Shown piece after piece: positions 58,001 through 63,380 of a stretch of 64,000 nucleotides of DNA (position 1 is the stretch's first letter; the number at the start of each line of letters is the position of its first letter). The stretch covers positions 67,876 to 131,875 of the forward strand of contig JAYVSV010000047.1 of assembly GCA_043775015.1 (NCBI GenBank), given 5' to 3'. Source of the DNA: Verrucomicrobiota bacterium (GTDB lineage Bacteria; Verrucomicrobiota; Verrucomicrobiia; Limisphaerales; CANJXF01). The notes under the pieces were generated by a model. That model saw nothing but the letters and a program-made list of their open reading frames with translations, searched no databases and had not been told where the DNA came from. The position numbers and the translations under genes are program-made.

Positions 58001-59416
58001 AACTGGATAACTCATCCCACTAAATTATCGAGCAGCGATTGGTATGTCATGGACATCATGCCTTCTGCTGGAAATCCGATGGATTCCTCTGCGCGTCTGG
58101 ACGGCTTCATCATCGATGGTGCCGACAATGCTCTTAACATCTGGGGCCTGGAAGCGTCGGCTTCTCCGGTCTTCGCCAACTGCGTGTTTAAGAACACCCG
58201 GAACCCCGCCATCTACCTTCAAGACTGCTCGCCGTCCTTCCAGGACTGCACTTTCGATAACAACAACACACTCGGAACTTCATCCAGTGGCGGAGCTCTT
58301 AGTGCGTGGAACTGCACCGTGAATATCGACCGCTGCATGTTCCGCGGAAACCGAGCTTCTTACGGTGGTGCCATCGCCGGTGGCGGTGGTGCCTTCCATA
58401 TCGCGAACTCTCTGTTCAGCGGCAACCGTTCCACCTACTATGGTTCCGCTCTCAGCATCAATGACCCGTTCGTTCTGCGTAACTGCACCGTCACCGGCAA
58501 CCGTTCTCTCCAAACTTACGGGGCGGTTTCTGGCGGTACGGTTACCCTGATCAACTCAATCGTCTGGAATAACCAAGGTAATTCTGGCTTTGATTTTCAG
58601 TCGCAGTTTGACGTCGGCGACTCACTCACGCTCAGCAATACCATTGCGCAAGGTTATAACCCTGATGACTACTGGTGGGTCCAGGGCAGCGGCATCAGCA
58701 GCGCAAATCCGCTCTTCCTTGCGGCAGTGAATCCAGCGAGTGCGCCAACCACCGTCGGCGACTTGCGCGTTGCTTCCTGCTCGCCAGCCATCGACAGCGG
58801 GATCAATGCGGAAACCGTTGGGCTGATCGACATCGTCGGCAATCCGCGAATTGCGGGAGCTGCTACGGACATGGGTGCATACGAAGCACTCCCCAGCTCG
58901 CTTTTGATGGTCACACTTCAACCGACGAGCACCTTCGGTAATGGTTCCACTTCTGTACAATTCTCGGTAGTCGTCAACCAAACCAACGTTAATTATCAAT
59001 GGGAAAGTAATATTTCCAACCTCTTCACAGCACTGTCCAACGGCGCCGGTTACTCAGGCGTGACGACTGCAACATTGACGCTGACCAATCCCGCTCCTTC
59101 TCTGAACACAAACGAATATCGCTGTCGCATTCAGGACTCGTCTGGATGCGTGGTTTACTCTCAAGCGGCGCGCTTCCATTTTCTCCTTAGCCCCGTGATC
59201 TCCACCGCGGTAATTGCCAGTGGTCAATTGAAAATCGAATTCACCAGTTCACCTGGCGCGACTTTCACAATCTTCGGAACGACGAATATTTCCCTCCCGA
59301 TAAGCCAGTGGACCCTGTTAGGCGGTGCCGCAGAAATTTCTCCGGGTCAATTCCAGTTCACAGAATCAATCGTCATAAACCGTCCCGCGCAATTTTATCG
59401 AGTAAGGTCTCCATAA
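43061..59416 (+). CDS. Giant secreted modular protein (about 5,451 aa): ten tandem beta-helix (PbH1 / choice-of-anchor-Q-like) modules, most followed by an Ig-like domain, ending in a ...QFYRVRSP C-terminal domain
   Basis: One uninterrupted ORF with a signal-peptide-like MPSNSVLRRLWFLFPFVLLPLVETTARA. Module starts are near 43153, 45602, 47165, 48539, 50084, 51647, 53195, 54773, 56339 and 57791. Each carries W(V/I)A.G(T/N)Y, YGGF.G.E....QRNW and NC.F..N coils, then NSI(L/F)WGN...DP(L/I)F...SPAI(N/D).G...GAYE. Most also carry an Ig-like segment, often with a YQWQ-type motif. Confidence 0.85.
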   Translation: MPSNSVLRRLWFLFPFVLLPLVETTARASPTIMRVNQNAPVSSRRDGTSWANAYVNLSMAISNANPTANSPVEIWVAQGTYKPTASTNRNATFGLKSYMSIMGGFAGIETTPEQRLFFQNATVLSGDIGQPQINPIKDSTNAQPFYNSVYPVDVEDSGLRDNCYNVVTAVGVTNAALEKLIIAGGCANGLNTNGQPYSPTQIEDMATMALTEETQGAAFNAFMAGKPMAELGRAIAGGGIFVSDRFERSSAEPTLVVERCIVMGNYALGYGGGIAVQQADIFVLDSYISGNRSGAEGGGFWGQNQHSAFIGCEFRANTALLSGAGIHQESWPSTKTVVPSLSDSQFKAQTTLSRQEYHNFVASGLAMFKLSALSSFVPLDDVDQREASYRESERFQAYVVEKDMIMGRTALALMAVKGLYTAYETGQGSLSLGLIKYKSGGAMNAYAVVAAAVALVDAGFAIAQWAGVSPDNQHVKNWQAFSGPFNKYATINGLAMTISIAAICHFTDCNESIETSAWDVKHWQRLAFNRSDPRTITNCRFIDNLAGSTGGGVFVLYDNVDIEGCEFTGNRADVGGGGLYQGGWNSSFVLNSAFRNNHSILGESAIANKSHCLAEIVNCTIINNGSEDTNGYAVSSDSGAEVQIANSILWGNTNALATNSLGGADVFVPTRASIIQSALSATPPDTNTIKDLKSAGASYVDYIGLCEISHSCVQSLKRLPIGQDHFEKFVLAAGDLEKARGLAADFDYGEPRGLLRLFSFYNTGEGIRPNLLKNGNINSDPMLTVHFESRFIGLQPGEFSPVIDAGTGLRLDNGWVDSGTGTDIVGEARVKGGSIDMGCIESQLPPTMYVRPAFVGGNGSGANWANATTNLQFALNSGGSVFVAAGTYKPPENNPANRFILKNGCKVFGGFNPAAGITNLAQRNFTTNKTIISGDIGAIGNDSDNSRTLFYAEDVDGPQEDISEGRLETFVDGFIFTKARGLAVGGVPDAAIVAIRSAFEIRNCTFEDNRTAGRGAAVYSTGTAYGPILTNCVFTDNHATQDGGAIFYGSRLWARNCQFLNNSSGGSGGAVWLDSAFGYFWNSLFANNAATNNSANGGAIYSSEADLVLYSCTLANNQVRSSSPTTRGGAAVYFVNNGANKYFSAKECIFWQNRVLNSSASLERQQYSYVVPDSQKLFYVRDSIVEGVQPAAPYQPDPRNLDLDPQFVDATGGNFRLRPYSPAIDAGQRELGGSDPNIDLDGFPRVANVRLDLGAYEFQDAPIFISADLKLTRECRSEGSIIYLTFTNASALGTNGVGLSFQWQLNRNDGNGFLPITNGSDYAGVTTTNLTILHPSFENNGYRYRIFATNPNLSFSSGSAYLFVQPSRLYVKADATGKGTGRDWTNAFPTLRAAQDAIDLFEPELICAEVWVAAGTYLPTSDGDTNKTFYLRPNVAFYGGFGGWETTRSQRNWRTNLTILSGNLGNPASISDNSLTLFRAPSQPPVDATAILDGFILRDAQYHALDLLAGSPIVRNCDFVSNLCDSAVSSWQSAPQFENCRFMDNVSVFSTFRSFSATNTLINCLFARNQSPHLGGAISSYSSKMILQNCTIADNHSENDGGGIYLQGNGGQFTLISSILWGNQSGSDASAFAAQIHNDHNAASVTLSNSIVSGLPLPAINGNQAFDPLFVGSANYQLTAFSPAINAGGPTNSLTVQTDLAGTNRVTGGAVDCGAYEFQGTPAITPALLVQLPNPVTTCVGAGPVGFTVVGTNNPEIVYQWQVNSGGGFVTLSNNATYTISVSSNSSTLTIPSPTLGLNSNLYRVTIPAINYTNPAVSLTVLPPSVLYVNASASGSTNGSSWANAFTQLEDALDIANGCNEIWVAQGTYQARTDQFNFRPNVPLYGGFIGTETLRNQRNWTNHPTVLLAKTNSVIFRGRGDLQLIDGASVLDGFNLHSAQIVPAISLYQASPVIQNCTFENLPGSAMDNSFSSPAISNCVFTACQGGAVRNSRCAPTFMNCLFARNTNGSIGGAIFNNAASPSIENCRFETNSATSGSAIENDNGSSPVISRSVFVGNRSSSGGTVFNNVGTSVQLINCLFAANQSDHLGAAIANNGAELLLLNCTMANNQAARGGGGMFVYGGHVTSVNSIFWGNSVQDLTFIPNREVEQIGTMPGATLSVTNTCIEGLSAYVGNGNVRYDPLFTDAGGGNFRPGASSPALNSGNNSAVADVAADLDGSSRIFGGSVDLGAYERQSAAGSIVLLLAAPKSQSVCIGETATFTAIAETNYGGALQWQVNTGSGFIDVVADSTHQFTVSNGVYTLQVLNTTVLMTGRNYRVKVAAANYESSSAMLIVSQPGVIYVKANAVGANNGSSWAAAYTNLQQAFAQGNRCSEIWVAQGTYPATQAADGTYFFSMKPGLEVYGGFAGTEINRTDRNPALYKSILVGVAGAEAVVVSRGDFWTINASSVLDGFVIHAPDSHGIKNFRASPTIRQCMIDSQKGVSVAEAIAGAGIYNLNSSSPIISDCVLTNNSSGGIVNFNSSSPQISNCVFQANNNSGIINVSDSNPTINGCAFVNNHAMNGAGIFNQNSSPLIRRSRFESNVATNEGGGIFTISGTPVLEQLVMLNNQAVRGAAMSHAGGLVKLVNSTLYANQASGEAGGLFGNGAGIQVLNSILWANTAGVSGPTVEQAQIQINAGTVAISNSCVQGLNAFAGNGNISTDPLFVNPPLGNLSLAPHSPSINIGNNSFLTSAMAIDFAGNPRTNGIVVDLGAYEATSVSPPVTIFSTPISTTVCSASPASFTVVGAVPGTNFIWQVYDGTNFVDVISNSTYQVTNGTNSSVLTVSSAQAGSNYQIRFRVSGTTFTSVPVTLQVSLPQLWYVNATATNGTGDGLSWSNAFTDLHHAMEEVPDCSEVWVAAGTYIAMQGEMFHLRSAVAFYGGFSGTETNRNQRDWVQHQTILAASPDSDMMHNNGGETSVDRTAILDGFVISNAGNVSAAIQNHAASPTIRNCVFAGNNQRAVLNSDASPAFVSCVFSNNSGGGVLNWDSTVEFEQCVFSGNGISDGTVGAVYNQTSSTQFRDSIFKNNAALRGGAIANVLSSTSVVERCSFENNSAKVEGGAILGRQSSVSVRNSVVANNRSAGYGGAIANLSGQLELVQCTLAENTAAFSGGGVYGNASQSTARNSILWGNRVNTHGSTLQQAQLLDDNGILSATNSIIEGFTAVSGANNSAANPIFVNPVAGDFSLMKNSPAINSGNATETLAGSIDYPGQPRLVGGGLDRGAFEFQSAPGAALLFARLPQSQTVCEGNSVSFEVVSLGSSNGALQWQKFSGSVFTNISNAGSYAITTNGPTNSLAISQATLSMDGNLFRFVIPSSDYTSPEITLHVNAASVVYVNGSNAVSGNGFTWATAVKTLPEAVALWTPCSEIWVAAGTYVQTNNAGFGVSLALPSPMRIYGGFVGTETNRNQRNWPANVTRLATSSTRPLFENFGSLATIDHLAVLDGLTFSGAKGNAIFNHLASPTIRNCTFENNSVAIFNSQQSSPLIANCVFRNNTNLFGGAVYSHASSPTIEDCVFQNNRSLERGGAMLMIGGNAVVTRSQFLNNRSEKFGGAIFVEGDGYMSVAQSSFVSNSAADWGGAFTISESAGIISDCLFARNRSDYRGGAITVLASDVAVKNCTIVENEAGWTGGGIQVYDPGLTITNSILWSNRQGNTQESLERRQIAYSLSATPVVVNTVVEGLDALSGNGNQNFDPLFVNAAFGNFRLTQFSPAINSGVGIAAGTTDLDGNPRVVDGTLDRGAFEFQTATGTDPRFYLYQMPQSATVCVGDSAFLSFTFLPNPVLSYMWQLNTGSGWSTAPINNGTYFLTVTTNSSTLMVSNVTVGMSGTQYRFIASSNNFPSTFASPPATITVSVPGVLFVKQNAVGNNSGTDWANAFTNLNLAINAANRCSEIWVASGNYLPSTNGAVAMKDGVEIYGGFAGAETSVSQRNWTNNPTILSGNSASGYLVNNGFYAPVTRAAALDGFIITGTNLTTGLVNTHASPTIRNCQFISNRYIASSVTSDSHPLFENCLFYSNNFGAIDIRDNSSAVITNCAFNGNTTEGQGGALSVLNSTVVVDRSSFASNFSAYGGGAIFLNQGGGITARHCIFTGNSANGEGAALLAEPGASVVTMTNCLIVRGSAFTGGGVSSYAPITVVNCTFAANTAYARGSGLFISGTTGSVRNTILWANSDTYSAYGNLELAQLEAPGATILIANSVLQGLSNYVGNSNVPYDPLFVDAAQNNFRLQDNYSPAANAGNNSYIAGVGSDLDNNARIFSSTAVDIGAYESLTFSGTPVYILKQPESVVTCNGETVNFSVTGASGMGAGFTWQKKSPGGIFETVVAGGNYSIATNNSSSTLTIQNVSTSLSGSEFRIRYLPPSGQYFSPPAQLTVTAPKVIFVKATGYVDGDGESWSTPYTSLQTALAAASSCRPEIWIAAGTYYPTAGTNQSDSFDIPNGIRVYGGFAGTETLLSQRNWTSNQVVLSGDIGAIGNTNDNSSYVVSFNGLGNPINQSTILDGVTIERGQSAGLIIFYASPTVRNCVVRSNNGSGLNLTGGGPRVEQCTFHSNRGASGANVTDAVNAAFVNCHFSGNTSASLGGGISLVNSTVGLTNCLVSGNTASFGAGVGSFGGTASMINCTVVGSASTGSSGAGLGASSGNWSVRNSILWGNRAGALETEAAQLSFSGSFSVSYTAIQGLSGFNGNFNQGADPIFAAPVLATLAPTLLGDYTLGTCSALLNDADASALAGITNDLAGNPRQANGGPDPGAFELQTLGGDPVYIASQPTNIIYCSSQSNFFQVTASFSNLNVLTYQWKIFDPNSATFLPVTNSAVFSGANTPKLDVQSPTPDLSAAQFRVTVTTPIGCSAISQSAQLLIPSQQTYVRAGAPPGGNGLSWATAYTNLQSAILSTCAPEIWVAEGTNFSSTAFTLRNGVAVYGGFTGTETNRNQRNWITHPTKLSSSDWYVMDIMPSAGNPMDSSARLDGFIIDGADNALNIWGLEASASPVFANCVFKNTRNPAIYLQDCSPSFQDCTFDNNNTLGTSSSGGALSAWNCTVNIDRCMFRGNRASYGGAIAGGGGAFHIANSLFSGNRSTYYGSALSINDPFVLRNCTVTGNRSLQTYGAVSGGTVTLINSIVWNNQGNSGFDFQSQFDVGDSLTLSNTIAQGYNPDDYWWVQGSGISSANPLFLAAVNPASAPTTVGDLRVASCSPAIDSGINAETVGLIDIVGNPRIAGAATDMGAYEALPSSLLMVTLQPTSTFGNGSTSVQFSVVVNQTNVNYQWESNISNLFTALSNGAGYSGVTTATLTLTNPAPSLNTNEYRCRIQDSSGCVVYSQAARFHFLLSPVISTAVIASGQLKIEFTSSPGATFTIFGTTNISLPISQWTLLGGAAEISPGQFQFTESIVINRPAQFYRVRSP

Positions 59417-59529
59417 TGATTTTTGTGGCCAGCTTTGTCTTGCAACGAAAATTCATTCCCCGGTTCTTAGGTTGAGCGATCTGAGTGAGGATTCGCTTCT
59501 CTTCACCCACTCTATTAATTATTTTAGTC

Positions 59530-59603
59530 ATTCGCGGGCTGGCGCGCGTGTGCCTTACGCGGCGGTGTCGGGGTGGGTTGTTCCATGCGTCTCTCACGCT
59601 CCA
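59530..59603 (+). repeat. 74-bp repeat, copy B (direct repeat downstream of the giant gene)
   Basis: Same sequence as 42775-42848 apart from a handful of substitutions, and in the same orientation. Confidence 0.9.
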
Positions 59604-59857
59604 GCTCAACTCTTGCTCAAATGTTTTCTCCACCCCTACCGCCCGGCTGCGTCGGGTATGCGAGCATCGCAGGTCGTATTTCGGTGGGCTGCCCCTCCTT
59701 GCCGCTCCCACTCGCGCGCCCGACCGAGCGGCTCTCTTCATCCACGCGGCCGACAAATCAAACTGTCCTGGTTGTGCCAGCCACCACGGGCGTGCGAGGA
59801 GAGGCACAAGGACAAGAAGCTTGCCCCGCTTCGCGGGATGGCGTAACAAAAAAAAAG

Positions 59858-59890
59858 CGCCCATCTTTCACGAGGGCGCTTTGGAACTGG
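59858..59890 (-). terminator. Rho-independent terminator for the minus-strand gene 59902-60687
   Basis: On the minus strand the agcgccc/gggcgct stem (11-nt loop) is followed by a run of nine T. It starts 12 nt after the stop codon. Confidence 0.75.
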
Positions 59891-59901
59891 TCGATAACAA
59901 A

Positions 59902-60687
59902 TCAGCGTGGCAGGGACGTTGAGAGAACCACGTTGCTCCCGGAATCAAGCAGTGAGAGAGAACGCAAATCCAAAACGGAAGGAGCCAGCGCGGGCCAGGT
60001 GTCGATCACCAGTTGGCCATTGGCATCACTGCTGACCGCCTCAAAAATATTCGATGAATTTAACGCCAGATGGTATTGATTAGTGGCTGAAAGTCCGCCC
60101 GCCAGCAATTTGAATTTCGTATTCGTCGAATTACTTTTCAGGCTGATTGATCCAGCCGCCGTATTATTTGTACCAGAATTCGCCAAGTTCTTTTTCACGA
60201 GATATTGATACGAGGTGCTGGTGTTGATCCATGCGACCAAAACCGTTTGCGAATTCGTGTCGGTCACGCCAATTGCGCGAACGTTGAACAACGGGTCAAT
60301 TGCTGCGGGAAGCGACTTGTTTTTTCCGTTCCCATTTTTGGAATACAGCACAGTCGCTGTCCCTCTGCTATCAGTGGTGAATTCACCAATCGGAACACTA
60401 TTGGTATCTTCCCCGGCGATGGCCACGAGTTGATAGCCGGTTTCAGCGCTCAAACCCGAAACCTTTAAACGGAATGTCTCTTTGGACGAGTTGCCTTGCA
60501 TATTGCTTTGCAAACGCAATGTCCCGACCGCCGCAGGTGCAATCACGGTCGGCGTTAAGTCGTTGCGCGTCTGGTAATGCGAAACCATGGTGCCACGACG
60601 GGTGACGGGCGGCACGGCGTTGCTCTGCAAAGCAAGAACGGTTGACGCTATCACTGTAACCAATAAAAGGAATTGTGTTCTTTTCAT
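59902..60687 (-). CDS. Hypothetical secreted protein with an internal two-domain duplication
   Basis: It has a signal peptide. The two halves share a pattern: LRLQSNMQGNSSKETFRLKVSGLSAETGYQLVA...DSRGTATV against ISLKSNSTNTKFKLLAGGLSATNQYHLAL...DANGQLVI. Confidence 0.6.
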   Translation of the reverse strand: MKRTQFLLLVTVIASTVLALQSNAVPPVTRRGTMVSHYQTRNDLTPTVIAPAAVGTLRLQSNMQGNSSKETFRLKVSGLSAETGYQLVAIAGEDTNSVPIGEFTTDSRGTATVLYSKNGNGKNKSLPAAIDPLFNVRAIGVTDTNSQTVLVAWINTSTSYQYLVKKNLANSGTNNTAAGSISLKSNSTNTKFKLLAGGLSATNQYHLALNSSNIFEAVSSDANGQLVIDTWPALAPSVLDLRSLSLLDSGSNVVLSTSLPR

Positions 60688-60891
60688 AATGTCACATTGC
60701 CTATTTTTAAATCATTATCAAGCTAAAAAGTGGCCATTAAAAGGACATCATGCGCTGACCATTTTCTCTCCCAGCTCCGGTCGGGCTGGTCCTCCCTCCG
60801 CTGGGGATGGACAAAGAACAAACAAAAACATAACCTCAACCTTGTCCAAGGACTATAACACATGGACTGGACCAGAAAAGTGACCCGTTCA

Positions 60892-61698
60892 ATGAAAATA
60901 AAATTGAAAGCAGCATTTCTATTCGTGGTCTTTTGCGCGGTCAGCCGTATGTCCGCTGATGAAATTGCGCAACCACTTTCTCAGGCGCACGCTCACAACG
61001 ACTATTTGCATCAGCATCCTCTCTCCGACGCGCTGGCACATGGTTTTTGCAGCGTGGAAGCGGACATCCATCTCGTCAACGGTGAGTTGCTCGTGGCGCA
61101 TGATCTCGCGAAGACGACACCGGAACGCACGTTGCAAGCGCTGTATCTGGAGCCACTTCGTCGCCTCGTAAAAAAGAATGCTGGACGCGTTTACCCGCAC
61201 GGCCCCGAATTCACGCTGCTCATCGATCTCAAGACCGATTGGCCGTCCATCTACCCGATTTTGCGGGTGGCTCTCACCAATTACGCCGACATCCTCACCA
61301 CTTTTCGCGGCCCGGAAAGGCAAACCAATGCCGTGGTCGTCATCCTCACAGGAAACCGCAATCGCGCCATGTTTGACGGCGAGACCGTCCGTTACGCTGC
61401 GTTCGATGGCGAGTTGAGCGATCTGGAGAAAAATTCATCCGCTGCAACCATCCCGTGGATCAGCGCCAGGTGGAGCACTCATTTTAGCTGGCGCGGGATT
61501 GGCACAATGCCAGATCAGGAGCTGCAACAATTGCGAACCATCGTCGGAAAAGCGCACGCCCAAAAGCGACGCGTTCGATTTTGGGATGCGCCGGACAATG
61601 CCGTTGCCTGGCAAACGATGCTCGCGGCTGGAGTCGATCTGATCAACACAGATGACCTGCCGGGATTGGAAAAATTTCTGAAGAAATCAGCGCGTTGA
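60892..61698 (+). CDS. PLC-like phosphodiesterase (PI-PLC X / GDPD-like, AIM6-type) family protein, secreted
   Basis: A signal peptide, then HAHNDYLHQHPLSDALAHGFCSVEADIHLVNGELLVAHD. Confidence 0.55.
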   Translation: MKIKLKAAFLFVVFCAVSRMSADEIAQPLSQAHAHNDYLHQHPLSDALAHGFCSVEADIHLVNGELLVAHDLAKTTPERTLQALYLEPLRRLVKKNAGRVYPHGPEFTLLIDLKTDWPSIYPILRVALTNYADILTTFRGPERQTNAVVVILTGNRNRAMFDGETVRYAAFDGELSDLEKNSSAATIPWISARWSTHFSWRGIGTMPDQELQQLRTIVGKAHAQKRRVRFWDAPDNAVAWQTMLAAGVDLINTDDLPGLEKFLKKSAR

Positions 61699-61844
61699 AT
61701 CTTCGTTTTTATCGAGCTGTTCGCAGGCAATGATAGGGCTGATCCGTTGCGCTTTTTTCCGTCAGCCTGACCGCAAGCGGCGCGCTTCGGTCACGTAAAG
61801 CTTGACCCATGTCGCGGCGATGCAAAAGACTTGAGCGATAATCT

Positions 61845-62207
61845 ATGAACCAATCAACCAACATCGTTAGTATTCATCCTTACTTCAAAGTCGGGCCGGG
61901 AAAAATGGGTGAAGCAAAAGCTTTGCTCCCCGCGTTTGTGGCCCGGACTGCAACGGAGAAATCGAATCTCCATTATGATTTCACGATCAGCGGTGATGAA
62001 ATCCACTGTCGCGAATTATATGTCGGCGCGGATGGTCTTCTGGCGCACCTCGACAACGTTGGTGCGTTGCTTGGGGAGATGTTGAAAATCGCTGACCTTA
62101 CTCGAATCGAAATTCACGGTCCCGCCGAAGAACTGGCCAAGCTCCGAGGCCCGCTAGCGCATTTGAATCCGACGTGGTTCGTGTATGAATGCGGTGTGAA
62201 CCGGTGA
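61845..62207 (+). CDS. Hypothetical protein (120 aa), possibly an ABM/Dabb-fold monooxygenase-like protein
   Basis: A clean ORF. The fold guess rests only on size and the pattern (..HPYFKV......F...T..E...L.Y.F...). Confidence 0.4.
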   Translation: MNQSTNIVSIHPYFKVGPGKMGEAKALLPAFVARTATEKSNLHYDFTISGDEIHCRELYVGADGLLAHLDNVGALLGEMLKIADLTRIEIHGPAEELAKLRGPLAHLNPTWFVYECGVNR

Positions 62208-62274
62208 CGCTGGGTGAAATTTTTGAGCGTGAGATGTTCGACTCGATTTTAATTAAGCTGCGCGGTTTGAAGGC

Positions 62275-63345
62275 ATGATGAAATTGTTATCTGCTGCAAC
62301 ACGAAACCTGAACCGGCGTCGATTCCTGGCAACCACCTTGAACGCGGCCGTCGGAGCGCAAATGGTTGGTTGGGGTTCAGCAGCCGCAGCGGGGCAGGGC
62401 CAATTAAATAAAAATAGTGACACGCTGATCGACAGCCACACACATTTCTACGACCCCACACGAGCCCAAGGAGTGCCGTGGCCACCTCGCGAACACAAAT
62501 TGCTCTATCGCACGGTGCTGCCCAAAGACTACCGCGCCGTGCTCGTGCCGAGACCGATGGCGGGCACGATCGTAGTCGAGGCCAGTCCGTGGCTGGAGGA
62601 CAACCAATGGATTCTGGACCTCGCGGCCCGCGAACCTTTCATCGTCGGCTTCGTCGGGAACCTGCCGGCCGGAACAAAAGAATTTCGTGAGCAACTGAAA
62701 CGATTTGCGGCCAACAAAATCTTTCGTGGCATTCGCTTGCACGGAAGCAAGTTGGAGAGCGGTTCAAATACCGACGCACTCGTTGGCGATTTAAAATTAC
62801 TGGCTAAACGCGATCTGTCACTGGATTTAGTCGGTGGTGCGGAAATACTTCCGGCTGCAAACCGGTTGGCGAAAGAAATTCCAGACCTTCGCATCATCAT
62901 CGACCATCTCGCTGGCGTCGTGGTTGACGGCAAAGCGCCTCCGGCAATATGGCTGGAGCAGATGCAGACGCTGGCGCGACGGCGCAATGTTTTTTTCAAA
63001 CTCTCCGGTTTGGTGGAAGGCACTGGGCGGAGTGACGGATCGGCTTCGACGGACGCGGCATTCTATCGCCCGGTGCTGGACGCGATGCTGAAAATATTTG
63101 GTTCCAGTAGGCTGATCTACGCGAGCAACTGGCCCGTCAGCGAGATGTTCGCGTCGTTGGACACGGTTCAAACGATCGTGCAGGATTTTACCCGCAGCCG
63201 TGGACGCGGGACGGAGGAACAGGTTTTTTCGCAAAGTTCCAAAGCGGCGTACCGATGGACCGCTCGGAAGTGCTGCACAGGTCTGGAAAGAGATGGGGAA
63301 AAATGGTGCGCCCGCCGCGACTCGAACGCGGGACCCTCTGCTTAG
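62275..63345 (+). CDS. Amidohydrolase-2 (TIM-barrel metal-dependent hydrolase) family protein with a Tat-type signal
   Basis: The twin-arginine motif NRRRFLATTL, plus IDSHTHFYDP...IIDHLAG...KLSG...YASNWPV. The last 42 bp or so overlap the tRNA on the opposite strand. Confidence 0.75.
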   Translation: MMKLLSAATRNLNRRRFLATTLNAAVGAQMVGWGSAAAAGQGQLNKNSDTLIDSHTHFYDPTRAQGVPWPPREHKLLYRTVLPKDYRAVLVPRPMAGTIVVEASPWLEDNQWILDLAAREPFIVGFVGNLPAGTKEFREQLKRFAANKIFRGIRLHGSKLESGSNTDALVGDLKLLAKRDLSLDLVGGAEILPAANRLAKEIPDLRIIIDHLAGVVVDGKAPPAIWLEQMQTLARRRNVFFKLSGLVEGTGRSDGSASTDAAFYRPVLDAMLKIFGSSRLIYASNWPVSEMFASLDTVQTIVQDFTRSRGRGTEEQVFSQSSKAAYRWTARKCCTGLERDGEKWCARRDSNAGPSA

Positions 63346-63380
63346 AAGGCAGATGCTCTATCCAACTGAGCTACGGGCGC
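63304..63380 (-). tRNA. tRNA-Arg (anticodon TCT) with encoded CCA
   Basis: The reverse complement folds by hand into a cloverleaf: acceptor GCGCCCG/CGGGCGC, D stem GCTC/GAGC, anticodon stem TCTGC/GCAGA with loop CTTCTAA, T stem CCGCG/CGCGG with loop TTCGAGT, then ACCA. Confidence 0.9.

Noticed and set aside
59373-60079. Several overlapping 120-170-aa ORFs in the gap after the giant gene
   Set aside because: They overlap each other in different frames and run through the 74-bp repeat and GC-rich non-coding DNA. Their translations are R/P/A/S-rich. I cannot support any of them as a gene.
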